Position numbers and translations under genes: made by a program. The notes below the pieces were generated by a model, which was not told where the DNA came from, made no database searches, and saw only the letters and a list, made by a program, of their open reading frames with translations. Shown piece by piece: positions 29,713 to 40,385 of a DNA stretch of 64,000 nt; the first letter of the stretch is position 1, and every line of letters starts with the position of its first letter. This DNA is from a virus (lineage: Duplodnaviria > Heunggongvirae > Uroviricota > Caudoviricetes): IMG/VR virus record IMGVR_UViG_3300029708_000226, one strand, 5' to 3'.

Positions 29713-32700
29713 TTAAGGCGCTGGTGAAATATAAAAACAACTATCGTAATAATCTCTGTGGCGAAGGAATACGTTTCCGACACCTTTTACTGTGGAGCAA
29801 TCGATGGACCAGGTCTGATAAGTTCCATCATATTCAAATTCACCGATATATAAAAGTGCGTGATTTCCGTTCGGATCATAATGCACTATGATGTCTCCAG
29901 GCAAATTCTTTGAAGAATCAAATTTTCCATTCAGCATAATTCGAAATCCATCTGTTGTATATATGCCACCCAATTCATCAATCCACAAATTAGAAGTAAA
30001 ACCGGAGCAATCTGACAAATAACAAGGGCCGCTCTTGCTTATTAAACAAGGTCCCTCTAAAGGACAGTTGTGATGCGTTTGGCTATACCCTATTTTTCCT
30101 ACATAATTTAATCCTCTTTCTACAACACTTAATCGTTCTTCTGACAGACCAGGATAGTTTTCTCTAATCTGTTTCATAATCTCCTGCGTATCGGCAGATG
30201 TTAATGCCTGTCCGCCAAGCGTCGTCGTAAGATCAAAACCATACAGATCTTCCCAGTCCATGTTGTATTTAAGAAGTGTTAATTCAATATTCTCTTCGGT
30301 CCAGCCTTCCCAATCTTCTCTTTCATTAGGATGTGTACATGCGGCATCAATATCAAAAATATCCTGCGCTGTCTTGAATACATTTGAATCATTGAGAACG
30401 AATTTATTGCTATCCTTGTGGATAAACGCTCCATCTTCTACTTTTCCGGCAATCATTACACCGGTCTCTTCGGCACCAACTTCTGCATCTGTAAATCCGT
30501 ATATTACACCGGTTATTTTTGCCTTCAGATGACCTCCGCAATAACGCCCATGATGATCTCCCACGCATTCGTGAGTCACATGATAAGTGCGAGATTCAAC
30601 ATCTGTTGCCTGATAAGGATTTAATGCTATGTGCCCTATTTCCGGGTGTCCGGGTACATCAATTACCCACTCCGGATCAATATGCGTTTTGGTCTCTCCG
30701 ACAACCTCTGTAGTGAGAACAAAATATCCTGCATCATTCCATGAAAAACCTGTTACGTATTCTTTATCACCAGTCAAACTCTTAACAGCATCGGAAATTC
30801 CACTTTCGCTTGGCTCCGAATAATCTTCAATTTCGTCTGATTTACTGTCTTGAAGTTCAGTTTTCCAACAAGCAGCGTTATCTGAGTTATAAATATTTCC
30901 AAATCCAGCAACGCTATCTGCAAAGCAATATTCTGTATTTATGATATTTCCGGATTCATCTTTATCAAATTCCATATTGTTTTTTCTTAATGGATATACG
31001 CCGCCGGCTGTATGGAGATTTCCGTCTTTGTCTTTTACAGCTATGCCATTTTTATCGTAATAAAAATTCTCGTAAATCTGACAACCGCCTAAATCATAAT
31101 CGGGACACTGTGTTACTTTTACGGATGTGTTGTTTTCACCATCGACGATCGTTGTGTCCGGATCAAAAGAATCTTTCGTTACTTTGGTCGGTAAAATGAC
31201 GTACTGAAGATCAATGATCTCCTGATGAGACATATTGAATAGATCCTGCGCATAAGCAATCATGCTGTTCGAAGCCCATGATTTTATATCTCCATTAATT
31301 TTTTTATTGGATGCCGCAAATGTAGCTCCGGACTGTTTTGCATTTGCACTTTCACTTCCGTCTACAGCTTGTCCGTCATCGTGAGTATCCTCTGCTTCTG
31401 TACTGAACATTGTGTAAATATCTGCCATACAGATAATTTCCTTAATGTTACTGGTTCTTGCTGACCCATCTTTTGTTTTGTAAATCAGCTCTACACCACC
31501 GTTTATATTGTTCATAAATGACGCTGTATTGTCGTTTTCGAGATCAAAATTACCGAACGGATTTGCAGTAAATCCGGATAAATCATTCCATTTTACATTA
31601 TGCTGTCCCCAGAAAATTCTTGGAGCACCGCTTTCCGGCACATATTCTGCCGCGGTTTTATAAGTGGAGCCGTATTTTAAATTATAATCAGTAAGGTCCA
31701 CGCCTTCCGTATCATTAAGCAGACTATCAGTCCATTTAGTTTCCATTTCCTGCAAAGAATGCATTGTTTTATCCATTATTGGATCACCGGTGCTGTCTTC
31801 GTCATCTGTGGTTTCAAAGCCAAGAATGAAATCGATCGGAGCAGATATGATGACAACTGCTGCACCCATTATAAGAAAAGAGCCTCCAAGAACATAAATT
31901 AGTGTTTTTTTAATATATGCTTTTGCAAGAGAAACTGCCCCAATTAAACTAAAAACTGATTTAAACACATTACCCAGTATTTTTGTTGTTCTTGCGACAG
32001 CCTTGCTAAGATTGCCAACCGTCCTTCCAATGAAACTATTCGTTCTTAAAAAACCAGGAGCAAAACGATTCCATTTTCCTGCCAAGGAGGCAAATCTTGC
32101 CTGGCGGGCATTTCTTCTGGCTTTTTGCCTATCTTCTCTCTTTTTCTTTTCATTGGTTTTCTTTTTCTCTTTTTTAGAATCCTTTTTATCTTTCTTTTCC
32201 CGATGATGATTTTTTAAATCATCTATTTTGTCGCCAATCTTTTTTGCTCCGGAATCTATTTTTCTGTATCCTTTTCCAAACGCAGTATCTCTCAAGAGCC
32301 TTGTATTGGCACCAAAACCAATTAAGCGACCGGACCATTTACCAAGCTTGCCGATAACACGTCCAGTTGTTACCGCCATCAGCCATGCAGCTTTTGCGGT
32401 CGATCGTACTGTTTGGACAGTTTGTTTGATATTCATGTATCCGGCGAGAACCTGACTGTCCTGTCCAAGTTTATGTGCAATCATAGAGCGAAGAGTTTTT
32501 CCTGTACTCACCGCACCTTCTGTGGATTTTCTGCCTGTTCTATCTCTTTTGGCAAATTGATGGATTTGTTCTCCAATAAGCTTCATTTCGGCTTTAGAAA
32601 TACTGCTGATTCCTAAAGCACGGGCTATTTCACTATAATCATTACCTTTTCTTGCGCGGCGATACAATCTGTCAAATTTCGTTAAATCCCATACACCGCT

Positions 32701-34770
32701 TCTGTTGGAAGCCATCCCGCTTCTTTGGAGCATTTTATAAATATCCTCCATAGAAGATCCTGCTTGTTTTCGAGAAGAAAAATCGATTCCAGCAAATCCT
32801 TTTGTTTTTAGCAGTTGATTAAGTTGCCCGTAAGCCCCGGTTCCGCTGTTTAATTCTCGTTGAGTCTTTCTGATCAAAGCATCTCGTTTGACAGAAGCAA
32901 GATTGGAATAGCCAATATTATTAATGTAAGTGGATATCCCGGACATTTGAGCTTTTCCCTGTCCTTGCATTGACTCCCTGTTGCCTTCTTCTATGGACCC
33001 CACAAAGACAGTACCAACAGATTTAATCATATCGGTAGCAACATTGCCTGTATATTTATTTACCAAAGTCAGTTTATTAAATTGAACGTTAGTTTTATCT
33101 CCTGTTGAATTTGAAGAAGGAAGCGTATAATGGTTCTGAGACTGTTCTTTGTAACTTAGCACATCTTTGCGAGAGTCACCATTCTGCAACATTTTTAATC
33201 CAGAAGATTCATTCTTTGAATCAGTTTTTACCTCTCTATGATCCGAAAAAGCAGGTCTGTTTGTTTTGTCTGCTGCATGCAGTTGTTCCACTTCTTTGGC
33301 ATCACCATAAGAAGAAAATAAGCTCGCTCCGGTTCCAACCTCGGTAACGGTTACATTTTCTCTGCGCTCTCTTCGATCGATCTGTTTCCGAATAGCTTCT
33401 TCTTTTTCTCGTCTGTCTCTTTCGTCTATTGATGTACCTTCATTAGAATACATCGTTGCATCATTATTTCGATAGGAAGTATTTTCTCCGGAACGATCCG
33501 TAGCGCTGCTTTCGGCCAGCGCCGAACGATCAAAAACCTCTTCGTTGTGAGATTCGTGTTCCGGCGTATTCTGTCTTTCAGCACTTTGTCCATTAGAATG
33601 AGAATTATCTAATTCTTCAATTTTGTACTCTTCTGAAAAAGATTCATCAGGTTTCGTATATTGTTCCGCCGAATCTTTTTTATGTTCTTCAGAATGTGAA
33701 GAATTTTCTTTATTGGATTCTCCAGAATACTCAGATTTTTCCTTATGTTCTTCTGAATGGGAGTTGTCAGGACGATCGTCGGCCGATTTTTCAGTTTCGT
33801 ACTGTCCAAATTCGCTATTCGCATCGATATCGCGCTGCTCAGGTTCGCTATCTGCTTCCGTGCCGCGCTGTTCCTCAATATCTGCATTATTTTCTATTTC
33901 TGATTTTTTCGGGATAGACGGCGCGTTATCGGAATCTTCTCTTAAGGATTCCTCTGTCGCTTCGTGCGCGTGTTCATCACCGGATTCAATGTTCTGATTC
34001 TCAACAGACGGCCCTTCAATGTCTTCTTCCTGAACGGGAGGAACTTCCGGCGAAATATCGGGTTCTTTAATATCCTCTTCTGTCTGCGGAATATCGGTAG
34101 ATTCAGATACTTCTGCTTCATTTCTTTCACCGGACGCAAAATCATTGTTATGATCTACAGCTTTCTCTGCAGCGACTTCATTCTCTATTTCGTTGGATTT
34201 ATCATTTTCAATACTCTGAACAACTTTCTCGGGATTGAAATTGACTTCAAAATTTCCACCATGTTCAAACTCTTCCTCAGTCAGTTCAGGAACATCCTCG
34301 GAAATCTCTTCGAAAGGAACGTTGATCGGATCAGGCATACGATTGGATCGTTCGTTATTAGATGAGTGTCCTTGCTCCTGTTCAAATTTGCTTTTTCTAT
34401 ATTCTTCGCGAAATTCATCGACATTCAGCGTACCATCGGCGATTTCTTTTTCGAGTTCGGAAATTTTATCAAAATCTTCTCTTTTGATTGCAAGAATATA
34501 ATGACCGTCCCTGTCGTAAAAACCTTTGGCTACAACTTTTTTCTTTTTCCATAACAATTCTTCTGCTTCATCCATTGAAAGGCCAGTTACGCTTAATACA
34601 TCGTAATTATTAAAGCGTCCATGAATACGAAGTTTTCTCCCCATATTAAAATTCGTTAATATGTTTAATGCGGTCACTCCGACTACCTTCGTTGCTTCCG
34701 CAATCAATCTATTCAGATCACAAACCACTTTGAGCATTTCTTGGTTCATTTTATCATCATAAACACTCAT
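29713..34770 (-). CDS. Giant conjugation-associated protein with C-terminal NlpC/P60 peptidoglycan hydrolase domain
   Basis: Acidic disordered N-region, basic region, TM segment, C-terminal YSQ...DCSGF...PGDII...HALLYIG. Confidence 0.8.
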   Translation of the reverse strand: MSVYDDKMNQEMLKVVCDLNRLIAEATKVVGVTALNILTNFNMGRKLRIHGRFNNYDVLSVTGLSMDEAEELLWKKKKVVAKGFYDRDGHYILAIKREDFDKISELEKEIADGTLNVDEFREEYRKSKFEQEQGHSSNNERSNRMPDPINVPFEEISEDVPELTEEEFEHGGNFEVNFNPEKVVQSIENDKSNEIENEVAAEKAVDHNNDFASGERNEAEVSESTDIPQTEEDIKEPDISPEVPPVQEEDIEGPSVENQNIESGDEHAHEATEESLREDSDNAPSIPKKSEIENNADIEEQRGTEADSEPEQRDIDANSEFGQYETEKSADDRPDNSHSEEHKEKSEYSGESNKENSSHSEEHKKDSAEQYTKPDESFSEEYKIEELDNSHSNGQSAERQNTPEHESHNEEVFDRSALAESSATDRSGENTSYRNNDATMYSNEGTSIDERDRREKEEAIRKQIDRRERRENVTVTEVGTGASLFSSYGDAKEVEQLHAADKTNRPAFSDHREVKTDSKNESSGLKMLQNGDSRKDVLSYKEQSQNHYTLPSSNSTGDKTNVQFNKLTLVNKYTGNVATDMIKSVGTVFVGSIEEGNRESMQGQGKAQMSGISTYINNIGYSNLASVKRDALIRKTQRELNSGTGAYGQLNQLLKTKGFAGIDFSSRKQAGSSMEDIYKMLQRSGMASNRSGVWDLTKFDRLYRRARKGNDYSEIARALGISSISKAEMKLIGEQIHQFAKRDRTGRKSTEGAVSTGKTLRSMIAHKLGQDSQVLAGYMNIKQTVQTVRSTAKAAWLMAVTTGRVIGKLGKWSGRLIGFGANTRLLRDTAFGKGYRKIDSGAKKIGDKIDDLKNHHREKKDKKDSKKEKKKTNEKKKREDRQKARRNARQARFASLAGKWNRFAPGFLRTNSFIGRTVGNLSKAVARTTKILGNVFKSVFSLIGAVSLAKAYIKKTLIYVLGGSFLIMGAAVVIISAPIDFILGFETTDDEDSTGDPIMDKTMHSLQEMETKWTDSLLNDTEGVDLTDYNLKYGSTYKTAAEYVPESGAPRIFWGQHNVKWNDLSGFTANPFGNFDLENDNTASFMNNINGGVELIYKTKDGSARTSNIKEIICMADIYTMFSTEAEDTHDDGQAVDGSESANAKQSGATFAASNKKINGDIKSWASNSMIAYAQDLFNMSHQEIIDLQYVILPTKVTKDSFDPDTTIVDGENNTSVKVTQCPDYDLGGCQIYENFYYDKNGIAVKDKDGNLHTAGGVYPLRKNNMEFDKDESGNIINTEYCFADSVAGFGNIYNSDNAACWKTELQDSKSDEIEDYSEPSESGISDAVKSLTGDKEYVTGFSWNDAGYFVLTTEVVGETKTHIDPEWVIDVPGHPEIGHIALNPYQATDVESRTYHVTHECVGDHHGRYCGGHLKAKITGVIYGFTDAEVGAEETGVMIAGKVEDGAFIHKDSNKFVLNDSNVFKTAQDIFDIDAACTHPNEREDWEGWTEENIELTLLKYNMDWEDLYGFDLTTTLGGQALTSADTQEIMKQIRENYPGLSEERLSVVERGLNYVGKIGYSQTHHNCPLEGPCLISKSGPCYLSDCSGFTSNLWIDELGGIYTTDGFRIMLNGKFDSSKNLPGDIIVHYDPNGNHALLYIGEFEYDGTYQTWSIDCSTVKGVGNVFLRHRDYYDSCFYISPAP

Positions 34771-34771
34771 A

Positions 34772-35938
34772 TTATCTTACCTCCTCGATGGAATATTTTT
34801 TTAACAAATCTTTCTTCTGTACCGCCATCCTTTCGCGATATTCATACAAAGAATTGATCCTGTCTGAAAAAGTCCTGATGATTTTATCAACGCGCTTGAC
34901 ATCACATACCTTAAGCAGCTCTGCGCGAACAATTTCCGGCATCAGTTTTAGATTAACGAAGTCTATATTATCCAACTTTTTCGTCAGTTTTAATTGATCT
35001 TCGTGATAATCGCAAAATGGTTTGGAGAAATTATCTACCGTATAATTGCACTCGATTGGCTCATCGAACCACAAAGAATTACCATTATCGAAAATCGGAG
35101 CAGGACCTAAATATTCTCCCGTCGTCGCATTCCTAAGAAAACCGAAATTTCCTAAATGTCTATCTGTGTTATTGATGATGTAATCGAATGCGATCATGTT
35201 ATCAAGAAACTCTTTAACGTTATGCATTCCGAGTTCTTTGCAAACGTATGTGAGCCTAATGTATCTTGCCTCCTGCGGGTGTCCTTTAGGAATCAAATAA
35301 GAAGCCGGGACAAACTCCTGATTATCTTTCAGAAAGTTTTCGCATACGCTCGCCGGCTTATCTCCTACGAGTCCCAAAAAATAAGGAACCGCATTCAATA
35401 CAGGAAAACACTGTGCGACTTTTGAACATGCAATTTCGTTATATGGTTCTTGAAAAAACGGTGCTCTCCCGAGCTTAAACAGATAATCCATGTCGTTTAT
35501 TCTTTTCCAGGCCTTTTCCGTAATGCCATTTGTGGTTAAGTCCGGAGAAATAAAATCATTGCCGTAAATTTCATTTTTTAACAGCAGATTTCCGACAGAT
35601 TCCGAATAACCGTTTGCGCGGAAATCAACATCTTCCCATTTAACCGGATCTTCTTCTGTTTTTATCCAGTAACAGTCCGTTAAATTCACACAATGACATG
35701 ATATGGACAATTCAAATGAACTGTTCTTTCCTGTAATTTCATACAGCTTGTCTATATGAGGCCTGCTTTGTGAAATGCATCTCTTTTGCAACCAGTCTTT
35801 TAACTGTTTTCCATCCGGATCCTGCATATTGTAAGGAAGCAGTTCTGGCGTAAATATTTCGCGCATTCGCACTACGTTATTTTTAGAAAGATTGAATGAT
35901 AAAATTGGATCATTCTTTTTAAAAAGCAAATAATCCAT
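34772..35938 (-). CDS. HipA-like (CtkA-type) kinase domain protein
   Basis: TDCYWIK, TTNG..EKAW, LFK, NE, DYIINNTDRHLGNFG, APIFDNGNSL. Confidence 0.85.
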   Translation of the reverse strand: MDYLLFKKNDPILSFNLSKNNVVRMREIFTPELLPYNMQDPDGKQLKDWLQKRCISQSRPHIDKLYEITGKNSSFELSISCHCVNLTDCYWIKTEEDPVKWEDVDFRANGYSESVGNLLLKNEIYGNDFISPDLTTNGITEKAWKRINDMDYLFKLGRAPFFQEPYNEIACSKVAQCFPVLNAVPYFLGLVGDKPASVCENFLKDNQEFVPASYLIPKGHPQEARYIRLTYVCKELGMHNVKEFLDNMIAFDYIINNTDRHLGNFGFLRNATTGEYLGPAPIFDNGNSLWFDEPIECNYTVDNFSKPFCDYHEDQLKLTKKLDNIDFVNLKLMPEIVRAELLKVCDVKRVDKIIRTFSDRINSLYEYRERMAVQKKDLLKKYSIEEVR

Positions 35939-36050
35939 GGTTTTTCCTTTCTGAAATTAATATTCTTCGCTACTATTATTATGAAAGATTCTTGATACGA
36001 ACGTTTTATGTAAAAAAGCGCCCGAATAAGGGGCGCTTTCGTGATAAATT

Positions 36051-36317
36051 CTAAAACATGAATTCTGTTACAGGAACCGGAGGTACGGTGTTGAATCCAT
36101 TTGCTACATTCAACATCTTTGTTACCTTGTCTTCCGTCAGCTCCACTCCGGATACTGCTGGAGTCAGATAAGAATAAAAATAAGATGTACCTTCTTTGGT
36201 GTTTTCCACCGGTATTCCGATAAAATACGGCAGTTTGTTGCTCTTACAGAATTCTTCTACTGCAGCAACTCGCTTAGCAAGCTCTGCATCCGTTAATTTC
36301 AATACTGTCTCATTCAT
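36051..36317 (-). CDS. Small hypothetical protein, third gene of par operon
   Basis: AAGGAG RBS, 12 bp after previous stop. Confidence 0.7.
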   Translation of the reverse strand: MNETVLKLTDAELAKRVAAVEEFCKSNKLPYFIGIPVENTKEGTSYFYSYLTPAVSGVELTEDKVTKMLNVANGFNTVPPVPVTEFMF

Positions 36318-36329
36318 GTTACTCTCCTT

Positions 36330-37049
36330 TTATTGTCCGAAATTCATTGCCTGTTCCAAAGCGCCGAAGATGTTGAATCCGGAAGATTTTTCTGTCTGCG
36401 CAGATGTTATATTATTATTTTCCTGCGGCGCGGCCGGTGTTGAAACAAATGAATTATTGTAATTGGTTTTTGGCATTGTATCTTCGATTTCCGATATTCC
36501 TGGAATATTTACTGTTTCGACAGATACTTTTTCCAAAATGTCTGCGTTTTCTTCCGTATTTATTTGTTGTTCTTTAAAGAGGCTCTGCACAGTTTTTCTA
36601 GCACTTTTTTCGTTTCTAGCGGCGGCTATGCGCTTTGTCTTATTTTCAATTCCATCAACTACTGCCAATGTTGCCTTTTCTGAAGTACGAAAATAACTTT
36701 CAAGCTGGCTTTCTTCCACTCTTGATCTCAGAAGATTTTTAATGAAGCTGTTCATCTGTCTTTTGTATACGGATCGCAAAAGCTTTATCACATCGGCATC
36801 TTCTTTGTTATCGAAAGTGAATCTTATTTTTAGAGATCCTTTCGGTGTAATATTTGTCTGTGTTTTTACAATCGGAATCTGAGATTTTCTTTTTCGTGCA
36901 TAATCCCTCAATACCGTTTTGAGCACTTTAGAAAATTCTCTGCTGCCTGTCCCCTCGCAACTGCAAAGGGACAAGTAATACATCATAAGGTCATGGTCGT
37001 GACGGGAATAAATACGGACATAGAATGTTGTTTTATTAGCCATAGGCAC
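36330..37049 (-). CDS. Putative ParR-like adaptor / DNA-binding protein
   Basis: Directly downstream of ParM; two RHH-like beta-alpha-alpha segments and a low-complexity tail. Confidence 0.55.
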   Translation of the reverse strand: MPMANKTTFYVRIYSRHDHDLMMYYLSLCSCEGTGSREFSKVLKTVLRDYARKRKSQIPIVKTQTNITPKGSLKIRFTFDNKEDADVIKLLRSVYKRQMNSFIKNLLRSRVEESQLESYFRTSEKATLAVVDGIENKTKRIAAARNEKSARKTVQSLFKEQQINTEENADILEKVSVETVNIPGISEIEDTMPKTNYNNSFVSTPAAPQENNNITSAQTEKSSGFNIFGALEQAMNFGQ

Positions 37050-37054
37050 ACTCC

Positions 37055-38242
37055 TTATCCAATATTGATCCGGTACATGTAGTAACCTCTGACATTCGCA
37101 AAAATATAAGAAATGTCATCGTTTCTGTTACAAGGAATGATATTGAGAGTTTCAAAGCCGGATAATTTTTCCTTAAAATAAGGATACCATGCAGCGCCGG
37201 TTCCTCCGGAAAGTGTAAGGTAATCCACTTCGCTGAAATAATTATATACTTCCACCAGCTTCGAAATCGCCATATCACACACTTCCATGCTGGAAGCTTC
37301 CAGTAAATCAGCAAAGTCAACCGGGTACGATCTCATATTCTTCCGATCCAGTACCTTTACTTCCCCTGTTTCGAGATAATTCTGCATAGCGGGGATTGTT
37401 ACCGTAACACCGTATTTTTGATGAATTTTTTCAGCAGTGCGATTGAGTACTTCCAGCATACTCAGTTCCTCGAAAGTCTGGCAGTCTGCCGGGTTGATCT
37501 CTCCGCCTTTGATATATGCGGTATCTCCTGTTTTGAAACCGGGATCGAATACAAGGATCCTTGAACGGAAAATCGCTTCAGAATCAAGTGTCTGAATACC
37601 GTTCTTGTCCACAACCAGGGAAATCAGAGCTCCCATCGGCTGCTGCATTACAAAGATGTCATTCTCCGTCAGCGTAAATTCATAATGTCTCCAGTCTTCA
37701 CGCCCCATTTTGAGATCAAAGCTGTAATTATCTGCGAACACTTCCTTAATATATCTTGCGTCATCGAGCATATATGCGGAAGGAAGTCCAGTCTGCACGA
37801 CGATTCTCTTTCCTTCTGGGGATCCGTAAGAGTTGCTCTGAAGTGCCATCGCCAGACCAACGCGGGCAGCGATTTTAAATGTTTCACTGTAATAATGATT
37901 CCTTCCGAACAAAGTCGGATCATTGTCGCTTGCGGTTTCAATGGAAAGCATCTTCTCTGCTTTTTCACCTACAGCGTAGATCTCACCGTTTTCATCACGG
38001 TACAGAATATCTGTGTCCAAAGGTTTTGCGAGTGCTACCGCATTCTTTGGCAACTTTTTTGCAAATTTAGGAAAGGTAAACAGAGCGTTCTGGCTCATTC
38101 CTTTTACGGAAGAATATCCGATATCGAGACCGATTACCCACTGATCCTGTCTTCTGCTGGGATTCTGCCGGATTGCCGGTCTCTGTCCGTTTAAGGTCTG
38201 TGACTGAATGATGGTCCGTGTCTTAAAAGCTTTTGTATCCAT
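37055..38242 (-). CDS. parM: ParM/StbA actin-like partition ATPase
   Basis: IGLDIGYSSVK, TGLP, QPMGA, FDPGFKTGD, LSGGTG, ANVRGY. Confidence 0.9.
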   Translation of the reverse strand: MDTKAFKTRTIIQSQTLNGQRPAIRQNPSRRQDQWVIGLDIGYSSVKGMSQNALFTFPKFAKKLPKNAVALAKPLDTDILYRDENGEIYAVGEKAEKMLSIETASDNDPTLFGRNHYYSETFKIAARVGLAMALQSNSYGSPEGKRIVVQTGLPSAYMLDDARYIKEVFADNYSFDLKMGREDWRHYEFTLTENDIFVMQQPMGALISLVVDKNGIQTLDSEAIFRSRILVFDPGFKTGDTAYIKGGEINPADCQTFEELSMLEVLNRTAEKIHQKYGVTVTIPAMQNYLETGEVKVLDRKNMRSYPVDFADLLEASSMEVCDMAISKLVEVYNYFSEVDYLTLSGGTGAAWYPYFKEKLSGFETLNIIPCNRNDDISYIFANVRGYYMYRINIG

Positions 38243-38325
38243 ATTTTTGTCCTTTCTTGGCTAGTTTTCTTTATCTAGTATTATTATGACACATTTTCCG
38301 AAAAACTGATTTTTCTGCACAGAAA

Positions 38326-40074
38326 TTATAACTGGTATACTGTTTTGAAAATGAGTTGCTTCTTTTCGTCGTCCCATCCGGTAATTTCAACAATTTCCCT
38401 AATCTTAAAATGCGACATAAATACGATAGTTTTCAGTTCTTTCAGCATATACATAGCCTGCTCTTTGGAATATTTGCTTTCATAAGTAACGTAATCCGCA
38501 AGTTTATCTATCGCATCTTTCGCAGACGGCGCATGGACGGTACAGCTGCAGATGTGGCCAGTAGAAGCAGCGTTTAAGAAATACCATGCCTCTCCGCCCT
38601 TAATCTCACCGATAATGAAGTGATCCAGATCAGTAAGCAATCCGTTTGTGGCCTCTTCCTTTAATCCATAAGCCGGGCGGCCATTTTTGCTGTTCGTGAT
38701 ATGCTGAAACATAAAATCGGGTTGTTTATTGGAGAACAATTCCTCGCTTTCCTGAATTACAAGACCGGACATGTTGTAATGAATCTGATCGAGCAATACA
38801 TTAAGGAGTGTTGTCTTACCGGAAGCACCCTTACCGCAGACAACAATGCCGGTGGTATTTATTTTATCGATAAGGTACTCTGCTACTTTTCTTGACATAA
38901 CACCTTTCTCAATCAGATCATCGACGGTATATTTATTTTTCCGTATCTTTCTGATATGCAGATAAGGAAAAGGTGAGGAATTGACATACTGTGTAGCGAT
39001 ATTCATTCTCAGGATAAATTTTAGACTTGTATATTTATCTGTAAATACGTGGTAAGCTTCATTCGCAAGGTCCAAACCATATCTCATTGCCAAGCTATTA
39101 ATATAGTTGATATAGTCATTTGCGTTAATGAATCCTACATTAGAAGTCATTCTTTTTCCGTTTACTTTTACGCGGATATGCTTCGGATCAATAACCTTGA
39201 TATCACTGATTTCATCTGATTCGATCAGCTGATCAAGAACGTAATTTTTATAAACGGCACTGTAAACTTTATCGAGCAAGAGTTTCTTGTCTCTGTCTGT
39301 AATATTCTGATACAGACGCCTTGTAGTATCCTCTACGTTCTTCATGAAGTTTTCGGGAGTAATATCACCAACCTGCGCCTTAAAGTAAAGCGCTTTTTCG
39401 ACACCGGTCGTATAATAGGAAATGATATGCGAACACATCTGTGTAAACCGTTCATATCCGGCATCCGTAATCGTCTGGGCATCAAATCCGGCGGCGTCAT
39501 AAATCATTTCTTTATAATCTGAAACTTTGGGTTCGGGAACGTCCATTTGTGAAATCAAATCCACTTTTGCAACCGGCTCTGCTGATGCTCCAGAATCAGC
39601 GTAATCAGCTCTGTTGGTAATATTTGTGGAAAATGTATTTTCAAACGAAGCAAGAAAGGTATTTAATATATCCTGATGAATCTTATATCCTTCCTCATCC
39701 TTTGCAACCCAGTTGGAAGCTTTCAAAACTCTTCTTACCAGCGGAAAACACAATATTTCATACTTAAATAAATTATCGTTATTCAATCCTCGAATGGACA
39801 AAACATTCCCCTCTGAAAAAATTGTCTCGAAGAAATCTAAAATAAAATGATTGATTTTAATAAATTCGATATCTTCGCATAAAAATTCCAAAGAGAAAGT
39901 CAAAGCCTTAATATGGTCGTTGTCGATTCCAGGCTCCAGTTCGCGAAATCTGTCTTTAAAAAGATCCGCCCATTGATATCCGTTTTCTCCCGGAACGACA
40001 CACATGTAATTTCCTTCCGGTGTCGCAATATTATCTTCTTTCCATACTTTTACATTAAAATTTTTAATTTCCAT
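38326..40074 (-). CDS. CpaF/VirB11-family secretion ATPase with N-terminal extension
   Basis: ISDI, IRK, GKGASGKTT, IIGEIKGGEA, TGH...TVHAPS. Confidence 0.88.
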   Translation of the reverse strand: MEIKNFNVKVWKEDNIATPEGNYMCVVPGENGYQWADLFKDRFRELEPGIDNDHIKALTFSLEFLCEDIEFIKINHFILDFFETIFSEGNVLSIRGLNNDNLFKYEILCFPLVRRVLKASNWVAKDEEGYKIHQDILNTFLASFENTFSTNITNRADYADSGASAEPVAKVDLISQMDVPEPKVSDYKEMIYDAAGFDAQTITDAGYERFTQMCSHIISYYTTGVEKALYFKAQVGDITPENFMKNVEDTTRRLYQNITDRDKKLLLDKVYSAVYKNYVLDQLIESDEISDIKVIDPKHIRVKVNGKRMTSNVGFINANDYINYINSLAMRYGLDLANEAYHVFTDKYTSLKFILRMNIATQYVNSSPFPYLHIRKIRKNKYTVDDLIEKGVMSRKVAEYLIDKINTTGIVVCGKGASGKTTLLNVLLDQIHYNMSGLVIQESEELFSNKQPDFMFQHITNSKNGRPAYGLKEEATNGLLTDLDHFIIGEIKGGEAWYFLNAASTGHICSCTVHAPSAKDAIDKLADYVTYESKYSKEQAMYMLKELKTIVFMSHFKIREIVEITGWDDEKKQLIFKTVYQL

Positions 40075-40385
40075 ATTTTATCCTCCATAATTATTATGAA
40101 ATACAAAAAATAAAAACATCGAAAATTTCTGTGCAGAAATTTGCATTTCAAAATACTTCTGATATAATAAAGGTATGAATTGATTGATCAATTTCACTGT
40201 GCAGTATATTTTATAGGCGGCACCGAACAGCCCGGTTTTATGCGAAAATCTGCAGGTTTATCCGTAAAAAACAAATCACAATCTTATTTTGAAAATTATG
40301 ACGTTGATGGAGGACCTTATCCAAAACTAAAAAGGGAGTTTGTTCGTGAACAAATTGCATATTTTTAAGATAAGAAAAAGGCAGC

